From the IMG/VR virus record IMGVR_UViG_3300028591_000173, positions 4,799 through 68,798 of that record: a stretch of DNA of 64,000 nt, one strand, 5' to 3'. This DNA comes from a virus. Positions 56,591 through 64,000 of the stretch are shown here, piece after piece. The first letter of the stretch is position 1; each line of letters starts with the position of its first letter. The translations under genes were made by a program, and so were the position numbers. Below the pieces are notes generated by a model that was not told the DNA's origin, made no database searches, and saw only the letters and a list, made by a program, of their open reading frames with translations.

Positions 56591-57257
56591 CGCGACGATC
56601 ATAGCCGGGGCGGCCAGGCAGGAGGCCCGCGGAAGGGCCAGCGCCGCGGCGCAGAGGAAAAAAGCCGATGCGATGGACAGATCGATGGGGGGCGGGATTA
56701 GCCAAAAATTTTTCATTTCGGGCCATGTGTACCTATACATCGTGTCCATAGACGACACACCCATATCCCGGGACGACTTCAGGCGCCTCGATCCACGCAT
56801 ACGCGGGACACGTGGGCGCTATTCCTTACAATACATACCCGCGGGGTCGCCCAGGCGCAACCCGAGGTTCCCATACCTGATCGGGCAGGACCTGGTCCGC
56901 ATCCGCGTGACCGTCTCCGGGCCGAGGCACTGGGGGGCGCTCTGCAAACGCATCCCCGAGCTGGACTGGGTCAGGAGGAACTCCACGATGACGGACGCGA
57001 TGTTCGCCATAGCCAAGAAGCACCCGGGCCTGGTCCTCAGGTTCGGCATAGACTTCCCGAAGTACTGCGGCAAGATCGAGTCCGCCGCGGAACGGCTCGG
57101 GATAGACATAGACCACAAGCCCCTGGTCACGTACCAGTGGGGGTCGGATGCCCCTGTGCCCGAGAAGGGCGCCGAGGCGGCCAAGAGGACCAAAGCCGAT
57201 TACCTTAGGGAGATAGAGCTGGCCGCATCCGAGTCGGCCGGGGAGGAGGAGATCTGA
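56583..57257 (+). CDS. hypothetical protein
   Basis: 224-aa ORF. Confidence 0.5.
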   Translation: MDSATIIAGAARQEARGRASAAAQRKKADAMDRSMGGGISQKFFISGHVYLYIVSIDDTPISRDDFRRLDPRIRGTRGRYSLQYIPAGSPRRNPRFPYLIGQDLVRIRVTVSGPRHWGALCKRIPELDWVRRNSTMTDAMFAIAKKHPGLVLRFGIDFPKYCGKIESAAERLGIDIDHKPLVTYQWGSDAPVPEKGAEAAKRTKADYLREIELAASESAGEEEI

Positions 57258-57258
57258 C

Positions 57259-58896
57259 ATGTCCATAACCGTGCAGGAATACATCAGGAAGAAAGCCCTT
57301 GGGCTGGTCGGCCTCATAGAGACGCCGATCGACCCGCGGGTCCGCGAGGAGAGGCTGACGTTCGTCAACAACATCAACGAGGACATCCAGAACAAGCTCC
57401 ACGAGTACTGCGTCTGGTACGGCGGGGACTCAGAGGAGATCCTGAACTACTACAGCAGGGCGCAGGTCCTCGATTTCAACTACGACCCGATCTACAACAG
57501 GAACAAGAAGTCCTACTTCTGGGCGGTCAGCGCCGTCGAGCAGGACATAAAGAGGACCCACTCAGGGCAGCCGAGGAACATCGTCGACACATTGGTCAAC
57601 ATAGTCGGCATCCCGAGGATAAGCGTCGGGTCCGGCGACAAGCTGAAGAAGCTCGACGGGAGGCTTCAGGAGATCCTCAGGGAGAACCACTTCACGAGGA
57701 TGGTCATGCAGCAGGCCAGGCCGATGACGTTCGTCGAGGGCTGGGGCGCATGGAAGATCAACTGGGACAAAGAGATATCGGACTGCCCGATACTGCTCTA
57801 CTACCGCGCCGACGCGGTCGATTTCGTGTATTCGTCCGGCAGGCTCAGGGCGATCATATACAAAGACTATTTCCAGGACGAGAACCGCAAGGACTACGTC
57901 CTGTTCGAGATACGCAGGAGGGACGGCAAGGACCTCGTCATCGAGAAGGAGCTCTTCAGGATGACGCCCGCCTCCGATCTGCTCACCCCGGTGAAGCTGG
58001 AATCGCTCCCTCAGCTGAAGGACGTCAGAAAGACGATCAGGGTCAGCAACTACAAGGGGTTCCTCGGATATCCGTGCATAATATACGAGGACAGCAACGC
58101 GGACACCTACGGCAGATCGATATTCACCGGCAAGATAGACCTGTTCGACGACCTCGACCAGTGCCTGTCCCAGTCGGCCAATACCGTGCGCAGATCCACC
58201 ACGCTGGAGTACTTCGACACGATGTACCTCGAGAAGGACGAGAAGACCGGCATGCCTAAGATGCCTCACGCCTTCGACAGGAAGTACGTCGCGTTCAAGG
58301 GCTTCAGGGGAGGCGACGGGCAGTCCGGCACGACCGGCCCTGTCACCGTAACCCAGCCTAAGCTCGACATCGCGCAGTACAGCGAGGAGGCCACGGCCAT
58401 ATTGCTCCAGATCATATCGGGCATCATGTCGCCGGCCACCCTCGGCATAGACATCGCCAAGAAGGACAACGCCCAGGCGCAGCGCGAGAAGGAGAAGGTC
58501 ACGATCTTCACCAGGAACACCGTCAAGGACGAGGAAGGCGAGACCTTCAGGAGGGTCGCGAACGACCTTCTGATCGCCGATGAGATGATGAGGACCAACG
58601 AGTGCACCTGCCATAACTACGACATCTCGGTCACGTACGACGAGTTCGCCGACTCCTCATTCGAGAACAAGCTCGAATCCGTGCTGGGAGGCTGGAGGGA
58701 AGGCCTGATCAGCGACGAGACGGCCGTCGACTACCTCTACGGCAAGAGCTGGTCCAAGGAGAGGAAGGACGAGGAGCTCGCCAGGATAAAGGCCAAGCGC
58801 GAGGAGTCCGAGAAGGATCCGTTCGCCCAGGGCGCCTATGGCGAGATGGGCGCGGAGAACCCTCACAACGATGCTCTCGAGGACGTTGAGATATAG
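57259..58896 (+). CDS. portal protein (SPP1 gp6-like), acidic C-terminus
   Basis: 545 aa; size and acidic tail; followed by a head-morphogenesis-like gene. Confidence 0.6.
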   Translation: MSITVQEYIRKKALGLVGLIETPIDPRVREERLTFVNNINEDIQNKLHEYCVWYGGDSEEILNYYSRAQVLDFNYDPIYNRNKKSYFWAVSAVEQDIKRTHSGQPRNIVDTLVNIVGIPRISVGSGDKLKKLDGRLQEILRENHFTRMVMQQARPMTFVEGWGAWKINWDKEISDCPILLYYRADAVDFVYSSGRLRAIIYKDYFQDENRKDYVLFEIRRRDGKDLVIEKELFRMTPASDLLTPVKLESLPQLKDVRKTIRVSNYKGFLGYPCIIYEDSNADTYGRSIFTGKIDLFDDLDQCLSQSANTVRRSTTLEYFDTMYLEKDEKTGMPKMPHAFDRKYVAFKGFRGGDGQSGTTGPVTVTQPKLDIAQYSEEATAILLQIISGIMSPATLGIDIAKKDNAQAQREKEKVTIFTRNTVKDEEGETFRRVANDLLIADEMMRTNECTCHNYDISVTYDEFADSSFENKLESVLGGWREGLISDETAVDYLYGKSWSKERKDEELARIKAKREESEKDPFAQGAYGEMGAENPHNDALEDVEI

Positions 58897-59731
58897 GATA
58901 TCCTGGCCCCTGGTCAGATGCGCGGCAGCGATATGCCGCGTTTTCTCGTCGGGGCATGGCAGGCAGCCTGCGCTGAAGGCTATCCGTGCTGAGATCTCAG
59001 GGCTGCCCGATCGGGCGCCGCTCACCAGGGACGAATGCTCCAGGGCGTGGCGGATCGCGTCGGGGCTCCAGAGGGAGCTGACCAGAAAGGCCGACCGCTA
59101 TCTGATGTCGGATCATGACCGTGCTGAGGCGGCCTACCTGGCGTTCAGGGATCTGATGCCGGGGATGATGAGGGCCATCGGGGAGCTCTCAAGGGACGCC
59201 GACTCCAGGATAAGGCTCGAGAGGGCCGAGAGGATCGCGTCCAGGGGGATCCTGTACCTGTGCTCATCCCACGCAGGATGCGCCGAAGGCCACCTGGAAT
59301 ACCAGGGGAGGCTCTACGTGAGCTCGCACTGGAGGGAGAGGTGCCGCGACGCCAGGCTCAGGAAGAGGCTTGCCAAGATGATCAGGGACAGGCATATCAG
59401 GACGGTCGAGTGGGCGATGGGCGCGCCGGCGTACCTGCTGACCAGGCCGAACTGCCGCCACAGGATGGTGAGGGTCCCGATCGAGGAGGCCCTGGGCTCC
59501 ACCGTGCGGAAGATGCTGAGGAGGAGGGATCTCATCCAGACCGACCCCGAAGAACCGGCTTGGGCCGGGGAGATCAGGAGGAAGAGGGCCCAGCTCAGGA
59601 TACTCCGATTCCTCCAGGGGGCCCTACCGTGCTCCGCTTTGGATGGGGACATAAGGAAGCTCAGCCGATCCATAAGGAAAACGGCCGCCAGGCATAAGCC
59701 TGACGACCGAGTCCCGAACCCCGCGGCATGA
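58871..59731 (+). CDS. putative minor head / head morphogenesis protein (Arg-rich)
   Basis: internal ATG of ORF 58838; position after portal. Confidence 0.4.
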   Translation: MLSRTLRYRISWPLVRCAAAICRVFSSGHGRQPALKAIRAEISGLPDRAPLTRDECSRAWRIASGLQRELTRKADRYLMSDHDRAEAAYLAFRDLMPGMMRAIGELSRDADSRIRLERAERIASRGILYLCSSHAGCAEGHLEYQGRLYVSSHWRERCRDARLRKRLAKMIRDRHIRTVEWAMGAPAYLLTRPNCRHRMVRVPIEEALGSTVRKMLRRRDLIQTDPEEPAWAGEIRRKRAQLRILRFLQGALPCSALDGDIRKLSRSIRKTAARHKPDDRVPNPAA

Positions 59732-59889
59732 TATGGATTTTTTGGTAAGGTAATGTTTGGCAAGAAAAGTGAGGTTTCCGCCGCGGGTATGCGATGCCGG
59801 TTTGGGCCGGCGGATCGTATCCTCTGAGTGAGGTGGGGAGGTTAGGGGCCTCCCCTCGTATTGTATTATGCTTGACTTATGTTAATTTG

Positions 59890-60135
59890 TCAAGCGTTTT
59901 CTTTTATTGCTGACAAGAAGCTGACTGGGACGAGCGATAGGATCCTCTCCCTGACGATGAAGTCGAGCATGAAGTTGCCCTTCTTCCCGGATTTCCTCTC
60001 CGGTCGGACCGAGGCGAACCTGATCCCCCTCTTCGTCTCAAGGCCCTCGATCTTCCCGATGAAGTAGCCTTGGCCCTTCTGATCCCAGGCCTTGACGGTC
60101 TGGCCTTTCGTGAACTTGTTTTTGGTATCCTTCAT
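59890..60135 (-). CDS. hypothetical protein
   Basis: SD aaggagg upstream of ATG at 60135. Confidence 0.5.
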   Translation of the reverse strand: MKDTKNKFTKGQTVKAWDQKGQGYFIGKIEGLETKRGIRFASVRPERKSGKKGNFMLDFIVRERILSLVPVSFLSAIKENA

Positions 60136-60205
60136 ATGCGGATCCTCCTTTTCGCAAGCTCATTCTAGCCTATTGATTATCATAAGTCAAGAGGTTTTTT
60201 TGATT

Positions 60206-60394
60206 TTAGATCATATAATCGTATTTTTTCTTGATCCTGCCCAACATCCTGGCGGCTTTCTTCCAGAACATCGAGCTTTTCCTGACGGGTTTCCCCACGA
60301 CTGGGTCGGCGAAGACGTGGAATCTCCCTGTGAACGTGTCCAGGTCGATGCCGCTTGAGCCGTTGCGGCCTGAGCTCCTGTAGATCTTCATCAT
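60206..60394 (-). CDS. small hypothetical protein
   Basis: ORF. Confidence 0.4.
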   Translation of the reverse strand: MMKIYRSSGRNGSSGIDLDTFTGRFHVFADPVVGKPVRKSSMFWKKAARMLGRIKKKYDYMI

Positions 60395-60588
60395 CTGCGT
60401 TTCCTCTTCCCGAGGGGGATCGCGAAGGATTCCTTGGCCTTGCTGAGCTCCTTGGCCTTGTTCAGGCTCTCAAGCTCTTTCCTGAACGCCGCGTACCTGG
60501 CGCATCCGTCGTGGCAGGCGGCATGCCTGTCCTCGCAGCCTTTGCATGGGGACATCAGCCCCCCGTTCCATCCGAATCCTGTGATCAT
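60391..60588 (-). CDS. Cys-rich small protein (CxxC...CxxxC)
   Basis: ORF. Confidence 0.45.
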   Translation of the reverse strand: MITGFGWNGGLMSPCKGCEDRHAACHDGCARYAAFRKELESLNKAKELSKAKESFAIPLGKRKRR

Positions 60589-60746
60589 CTTCCGGCTCCT
60601 CTCAGCGCCATCACCGCTTTGTTCATTATCTCGTTCATGCTCTTCTTGGTCCTCTTCGACCTGGTTCTCACGTACGCGTCCAGCTCAGGGGTGAGGTTGA
60701 CTGTGATGGATCTGCTCGCGTACGTGGCCTTGCCGTGCCGGCTCAT
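60585..60746 (-). CDS. ribbon-helix-helix (CopG/Arc-like) DNA-binding protein, 53 aa, not in ORF track
   Basis: MSRHGKATYASRSITVNLTPELDAYVRTRSKRTKKSMNEIMNKAVMAL; ATGA overlaps on both sides. Confidence 0.5.
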   Translation of the reverse strand: MSRHGKATYASRSITVNLTPELDAYVRTRSKRTKKSMNEIMNKAVMALRGAGR

Positions 60747-60943
60747 AGGTCCTCCTTCATCCTGATCAGCTCCGATGCGGAAAGCCCGAAGGCCCTCCTG
60801 AGCTTGTCCCAGGTCGATCGGCTGCCGCCGGATCTCCCGTTTTCGATGAGACAGTAGTTCGCGGTCGTGATCCCCAACCGTGCTGCCATCTCCCTCTGGG
60901 TGAGATCATGCCTGACCCTGAGTACTTTGAGTTCGGTCCTCAT
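60743..60943 (-). CDS. XRE-family HTH regulator
   Basis: LTQREMAARLGITTANYCLIENG. Confidence 0.65.
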   Translation of the reverse strand: MRTELKVLRVRHDLTQREMAARLGITTANYCLIENGRSGGSRSTWDKLRRAFGLSASELIRMKEDL

Positions 60944-61320
60944 GCCGCTTTCTCCCTCAGGTAGACGAAGATCGTCCCCTCTCTGACGCAGGCTTTCAGG
61001 CTGGCCCTGATCCTAAGCTCCCTGAACGCCTTCCTGATGACCGCCTCGACGGTGAGCCTCTCGTAAGGCTTCATGAAATCGATCCCGAAGACGTCGTAGG
61101 CCGGCGTCTCGATCTTCGGCCTCTCGTCCCCCCAGTACCAGAATATGACGACGTGGCTTGGGAACCCTTTCCGGATCTGCTTGCGCCTGACCGCCAGGAA
61201 AGCCCCCTCGCCGGCCAGCGCGACCCAGAACGCCTCAGGCGCCTTCTCGCTGAGCTCAGCGTCCTTGAGCTCCCTCGGGAACCTCTCTATCCCCATGTCT
61301 TTGATCTTTGCGTTCTCCAT
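60940..61320 (-). CDS. hypothetical protein, first gene of the - strand operon
   Basis: 126-aa ORF. Confidence 0.5.
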   Translation of the reverse strand: MENAKIKDMGIERFPRELKDAELSEKAPEAFWVALAGEGAFLAVRRKQIRKGFPSHVVIFWYWGDERPKIETPAYDVFGIDFMKPYERLTVEAVIRKAFRELRIRASLKACVREGTIFVYLREKAA

Positions 61321-61349
61321 ATTTATATACCTCTTTCTGTGTATGCCTT

Positions 61350-61379
61350 ATTCTATCGCCTATCATATGTAAATGTCAA
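61350..61379 (-). promoter_or_regulatory. sigma70-like promoter (- strand) TTGACA-N18-TAGAAT
   Basis: reverse complement of 61374-61379 / 61350-61355. Confidence 0.5.
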
Positions 61380-61408
61380 TAAAAAAATTATCGATGTTGA
61401 TCGGGACC

Positions 61409-61422
61409 CCCCTTACCGTGCT
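61409..61422. repeat. copy 1 of conserved motif CCCCTTACCGTGCT, flanked by GATCGGG direct repeats
   Basis: exact 14/15 match to the other copies. Confidence 0.7.
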
Positions 61423-61434
61423 CCGATCGGGCGC

Positions 61435-61458
61435 AAAAAGAAAAGGGGCCGAAGCCCC
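61435..61458 (-). terminator. intrinsic terminator (- strand) GGGGC-TTCG-GCCCC + TTTTCTTTTT
   Basis: 8 nt after the stop of 61466..62080. Confidence 0.7.
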
Positions 61459-61465
61459 GATCCGG

Positions 61466-62080
61466 TCAGTGCTGCCTGAAGTAGACCGACTGCCCTTTCT
61501 CCAGGGACCAGCAAGCCAGGCATTCGGGGCAATGCCCCCCGCATGGGATGGCCAGGTCCGGGATGTCCGGGTTGAGCTCGCCTTTCCTGAAGAGCACATA
61601 CGCGACCGGCAGCCTGTAAGGGTTGTCGACCCGGAATGACTTGCTCCAGGCGCTGAAGACGATTCTCAGGTTCTTGGGAATCCTGCCGCCGCGGCCTAAG
61701 TAGCCGTTGACGATGCCGAACTTCTTCGTGAAGCATAGGAACTTGACGCCCGGGCAGGCTTTCGCGACCTTCACCATCCCGAGGAAGTACGCGTCGTCGA
61801 CTATGTCCCCGACCGCATGCCAGCGGAAGTACTTATAGGAGACGAGCGAATCATTGAGGAATGAGACGATGTCGCCGAAGTACGCGTCGGAGTCCGCCAT
61901 ATAGCGCTCATAGTTGTGCCTGTGGGACTCCTGGACGTTCCTGAATAGGAAGTTGCCCCTCTTGCCGTAGCAGAGGCGCGCGCAGGGCGCGTCTTCCCTG
62001 CAGCTCATCTGGGGAGGCAGCGACACGCTTGGTATCTGCGAGCCCAGCTTCGAATTTGTCATTGAGATGTTGATTTCCAT
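61466..62080 (-). CDS. Cys-rich hypothetical protein (cassette 1); possibly DUF5131/Gp37-Gp68-like
   Basis: 204-aa ORF; SCREDAPCARLCYG and CGGHCPECLAC clusters. Confidence 0.55.
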   Translation of the reverse strand: MEINISMTNSKLGSQIPSVSLPPQMSCREDAPCARLCYGKRGNFLFRNVQESHRHNYERYMADSDAYFGDIVSFLNDSLVSYKYFRWHAVGDIVDDAYFLGMVKVAKACPGVKFLCFTKKFGIVNGYLGRGGRIPKNLRIVFSAWSKSFRVDNPYRLPVAYVLFRKGELNPDIPDLAIPCGGHCPECLACWSLEKGQSVYFRQH

Positions 62081-62099
62081 TTTCTTAACCTCTGACTAT

Positions 62100-62127
62100 A
62101 TATTACACTTACATACGCATATGTCAA
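62100..62127 (-). promoter_or_regulatory. promoter (- strand) TTGACA-N16-TAATAT
   Basis: reverse complement of 62122-62127 / 62100-62105. Confidence 0.45.
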
Positions 62128-62160
62128 GTAAATCTTTTGACGAATTTCATCTGATCACGA

Positions 62161-62203
62161 TGCACGGGCCTGGGAATCCGGATCCAGATGGGTTACCGTG
62201 CTG
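62161..62203. repeat. copy 2: inverted repeat TGCACGG...TTACCGTGCTG
   Basis: motif at 62193-62203. Confidence 0.65.
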
Positions 62204-62217
62204 CGATCGGGAGGCAT

Positions 62218-62243
62218 AAAAAAAGAGGCGGGTGATCCGCCTC
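62218..62243 (-). terminator. intrinsic terminator (- strand) GAGGCGG-ATCAC-CCGCCTC + TTTTTTT
   Basis: 17 nt after the stop of 62260..62523. Confidence 0.75.
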
Positions 62244-62259
62244 GATGCGACGCTGTCCG

Positions 62260-62523
62260 TCAGTCCTCGTCTTCCAGGAGCTCAGGCTCGCAGCCGGCTT
62301 TGTCGATGAGCCATTCCTTGAATGCCTCGTCAGGCGCGTCCGCGTCCTTGGTCAGCTCCCTGTATGCCTTGAGAAGGTCGACGGGGGTGTAGAAGTTGTC
62401 GTCGTAGGAGATGGCTTTGCTCTCGCCTTGGTAGTTCGCCATCACCCACATGCAATGCTCCTGTGAGTTGAAGAGCTCGACGTATGCGTCGCAGTAGTGG
62501 TTTTCGGTGTTCGGTTCTCTCAT
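62260..62523 (-). CDS. hypothetical acidic protein (cassette 2), start trimmed to ATG 62523
   Basis: SD aaggagg 7 nt upstream; the upstream part of track ORF 62260..62607 contains the promoter. Confidence 0.5.
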   Translation of the reverse strand: MREPNTENHYCDAYVELFNSQEHCMWVMANYQGESKAISYDDNFYTPVDLLKAYRELTKDADAPDEAFKEWLIDKAGCEPELLEDED

Positions 62524-62548
62524 ATACGAACCTCCTTTTCTATACCAT

Positions 62549-62577
62549 ATGTTAGCATCTCCTATGATATATGTCAA
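62549..62577 (-). promoter_or_regulatory. promoter (- strand) TTGACA-N17-TAACAT
   Basis: CCTATTGACATAT conserved with the 63303..63331 promoter. Confidence 0.55.
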
Positions 62578-62620
62578 TAGGTTTATTTGACTTTTATTAA
62601 CTTTCATCCAGATCAGATCG

Positions 62621-62665
62621 GAGCACGGAGGATCATCTGATGCCTGTCATCCCCTTACCGTGCTG
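62621..62665. repeat. copy 3: inverted repeat GAGCACGG-(22 nt)-CCCCTTACCGTGCTG
   Basis: motif 62651-62665. Confidence 0.7.
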
Positions 62666-62678
62666 GCTTTGGGCGCAT

Positions 62679-62710
62679 AAAAAAAAGAGGCAGAGCTAGC
62701 TGTCTGCCTC
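62679..62710 (-). terminator. intrinsic terminator (- strand) GAGGCAGA..TCTGCCTC + TTTTTTTT
   Basis: 10 nt after the stop of 62720..63274. Confidence 0.75.
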
Positions 62711-62719
62711 CCCTCCTTC

Positions 62720-63274
62720 CTAATCGCCTATAACCCAGAGGTAGTCTTCGGTCTGATTCCTTCTGTGAGGATTCAGGACGACGCTGACCAAGTCGTCTTT
62801 GTCGTAGTCGGGGTTCTCGATGATTCTGCCTTCGGAATCCTGCCCGGCTTCCTGAATCGACTGGGTGTCGTTCGTCACGCATTCCCCGTCTTTGTAGAGG
62901 AGATGCTCGCTGAACGCCATACCCGTCTCTTCGCTGAAGGCCTCGATTTCGCATCCCTTCGAGAGCTCTTTCAGGGTGGTTCCCATAAAGATGTCCGGGT
63001 GGTCGGTCTTCAGAAGGTCGTAGTAGGTGAGCTCGCCCTCGCACATACAGACATACAGGCTCCAAGCGCAGTACCCACTGACGAATTGGGTGAAGGTCCC
63101 GTCCCCGTTGTCGTGGACTTCATCGGCGTTCGCCTCGAAGACTCTCTGAAGGTGCTTGTGGGCCGGTTTGCCCTCACCGTAGTTGTAGTCGGCTTTCAGG
63201 CACTCAAGCACATTCTTGATGATGTTTTTGTCGCTACTTCTGATTTTCATCTCGTAGTCGCAGTAGTTCGGCAT
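62720..63274 (-). CDS. hypothetical Cys-containing protein (cassette 3), start trimmed to ATG 63274
   Basis: SD aaggaggg 8 nt upstream. Confidence 0.5.
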   Translation of the reverse strand: MPNYCDYEMKIRSSDKNIIKNVLECLKADYNYGEGKPAHKHLQRVFEANADEVHDNGDGTFTQFVSGYCAWSLYVCMCEGELTYYDLLKTDHPDIFMGTTLKELSKGCEIEAFSEETGMAFSEHLLYKDGECVTNDTQSIQEAGQDSEGRIIENPDYDKDDLVSVVLNPHRRNQTEDYLWVIGD

Positions 63275-63302
63275 ATCTATGCCCTCCTTTTCTTGTTGCC
63301 TT

Positions 63303-63331
63303 AATATTAAACCTATATAGGGCATATGTCA
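63303..63331 (-). promoter_or_regulatory. promoter (- strand) TTGACA-N17-TAATAT
   Basis: reverse complement of 63326-63331 / 63303-63308. Confidence 0.55.
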
Positions 63332-63374
63332 ATAGGGAATTAAGACTTTTATTAATTTTCTTATGAGCTCAGGA

Positions 63375-63419
63375 CAGCACGGGGCATGATCATCCGGATC
63401 GGATCCCCTTACCGTGCTG
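63375..63419. repeat. copy 4: inverted repeat CAGCACGGGG-(20 nt)-CCCCTTACCGTGCTG
   Basis: motif 63405-63419; spacer contains TGATCA / TCCGGA / GGATCC palindromes. Confidence 0.7.
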
Positions 63420-63440
63420 GCACATCGCCGGCGCGGCATG

Positions 63441-63466
63441 AAAAAAAGCGCCCTCGTTGGGGCGCT
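63441..63466 (-). terminator. intrinsic terminator (- strand) AGCGCCC-CAACGA-GGGCGCT + TTTTTTT
   Basis: 16 nt after the stop of 63482..63730. Confidence 0.75.
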
Positions 63467-63481
63467 CGCGAGAACCCTCGC

Positions 63482-63730
63482 TTAGAGGGTCTCGACTTTG
63501 AGCTTGGCTTCGAGTTGCTCGTAGACGGCTTTGGTGACGACGATGTCGGTTCCGCCCTCGAGGACGATTTTGTAGTTGCTCTCGTTCTCTTCGGTTCTCA
63601 CCTCGTTGCCATTCTCGTCGAAGAGTTTGGTAGGCTTGAGCTTGAGTTCCTTGACGGCGACGATTTTGTTGGTGTCGATGAGGGCGTCGGTTTCCTCGTG
63701 TTTGTGGTTGAGACGTTTGATTTTAAGCAT
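63482..63730 (-). CDS. hypothetical protein (cassette 4)
   Basis: 82-aa ORF, SD gagg. Confidence 0.5.
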   Translation of the reverse strand: MLKIKRLNHKHEETDALIDTNKIVAVKELKLKPTKLFDENGNEVRTEENESNYKIVLEGGTDIVVTKAVYEQLEAKLKVETL

Positions 63731-63800
63731 TGTTTTTTTCCTCGCTTTCTTTTTTTTGATTTAGGGGGAAGAGGTCTCTTTTTCTTCCCCCTATGCCTAT

Positions 63801-63829
63801 ATATTAAACTTATATATGGGACTTGTCAA
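63801..63829 (-). promoter_or_regulatory. promoter (- strand) TTGACA-N17-TAATAT, followed by a 5'-UTR hairpin GGGGGAAGA...TCTTCCCCC (63754-63791)
   Basis: reverse complement of 63824-63829 / 63801-63806. Confidence 0.5.
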
Positions 63830-63842
63830 CAACTTTTTAGAT

Positions 63843-64000
63843 TTATTTTATGTTCCTCACTTTGATGAGGTCTACGAGCATTCCACTCTTGTTGCGTTTC
63901 TCAATGAAAATGCATGCGTGTGGGACATTCTCAGGGACTTTGAAATGTTTTCCAAAGGCGAAAGCAGTCGCGTCAGCGTAGCTATAGAAAAAGCCTTTTT
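63843..64000 (-). CDS. partial CDS (C-terminal about 52 aa; start beyond window), cassette 5
   Basis: open frame to window edge, ends ...LIKVRNIK*. Confidence 0.35.
   Translation of the reverse strand, partial: KGFFYSYADATAFAFGKHFKVPENVPHACIFIEKRNKSGMLVDLIKVRNIK

Noticed and set aside
61409-63419. CRISPR array interpretation of the repeated CCCCTTACCGTGCTG motif
   Set aside because: Copies are 450-800 bp apart and separated by whole genes with promoters and terminators, not by ~30-bp spacers. No cas genes are present.
1-64000. Integrase/recombinase, endolysin/holin, major capsid and small terminase
   Set aside because: No recognisable motifs were found for these (no tyrosine/serine recombinase signatures, no lysozyme/amidase/CHAP signatures, no HK97- or T4-like capsid motifs). 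I therefore cannot call lysogeny or a lysis cassette in this window. The membrane proteins at 6980-8721 are not sufficient evidence for a holin.

Overview
The window looks like a coding-dense (about 55-60% GC by eye) segment of a large tailed, double-stranded DNA bacteriophage or prophage. Almost every gene is on the + strand from 1 to ~59.7 kb, with short overlaps of the ATGA type between neighbours. A divergent block on the - strand covers 59.9-64 kb.

Modules, left to right:
(i) Putative virion or ejected proteins (20-2362). Two adjacent proteins share an N-terminal ATKPGxGG...GKY leader, and one carries an R/S/ExE motif set like an ADP-ribosyltransferase.
(ii) Small early genes, one secreted protein and three membrane proteins (2755-8721).
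(iii) A tail or receptor-binding module (8724-20278). It holds a 1705-aa giant protein, a protein with a CBM5/12-like C-terminus and a tail fiber.
(iv) A regulatory and recombination block with two XRE HTH proteins, a Cas4-like PD-(D/E)XK nuclease and an SSB-like protein (20414-23251).
(v) An array of eight tRNAs (23418-24414), all with C34 anticodons, plus a tRNA-Ile(UAU) at 31238.
(vi) A replication module (24450-29111) with a prim-pol/D5-like primase-helicase, an SF2 helicase and a VRR-NUC nuclease.
(vii) Accessory genes including an SPFH/band-7 protein, an ABC-type ATPase and a DUF4406-like protein.
(viii) Terminase large subunit (35400-36947), flanked by two strong intrinsic terminators.
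(ix) About 20 kb of small + strand genes (37-55 kb). These contain two diverged paralogous families, a methyltransferase, an AAA+ ATPase and lipoproteins.
(x) An AT-rich 325-bp non-coding region full of inverted repeats (55333-55657).
(xi) Portal and a head-morphogenesis-like gene (57259-59731).
(xii) A - strand block: an RHH/XRE regulatory operon, then four or more autonomous cassettes. Each cassette has a near-identical TTGACA-N17-TAATAT promoter, one small ORF and an intrinsic terminator. The cassettes are punctuated by a conserved CCCCTTACCGTGCTG motif set inside an inverted repeat.

Promoters follow the sigma70 TTGACA/TAnAAT pattern and lipobox signal peptides are present, so a Gram-positive or other sigma70-type host is plausible; this is inference only. 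No integrase, endolysin, major capsid gene or CRISPR array lies in the window. All functional calls rest on motifs I recognise by eye, not on database searches.
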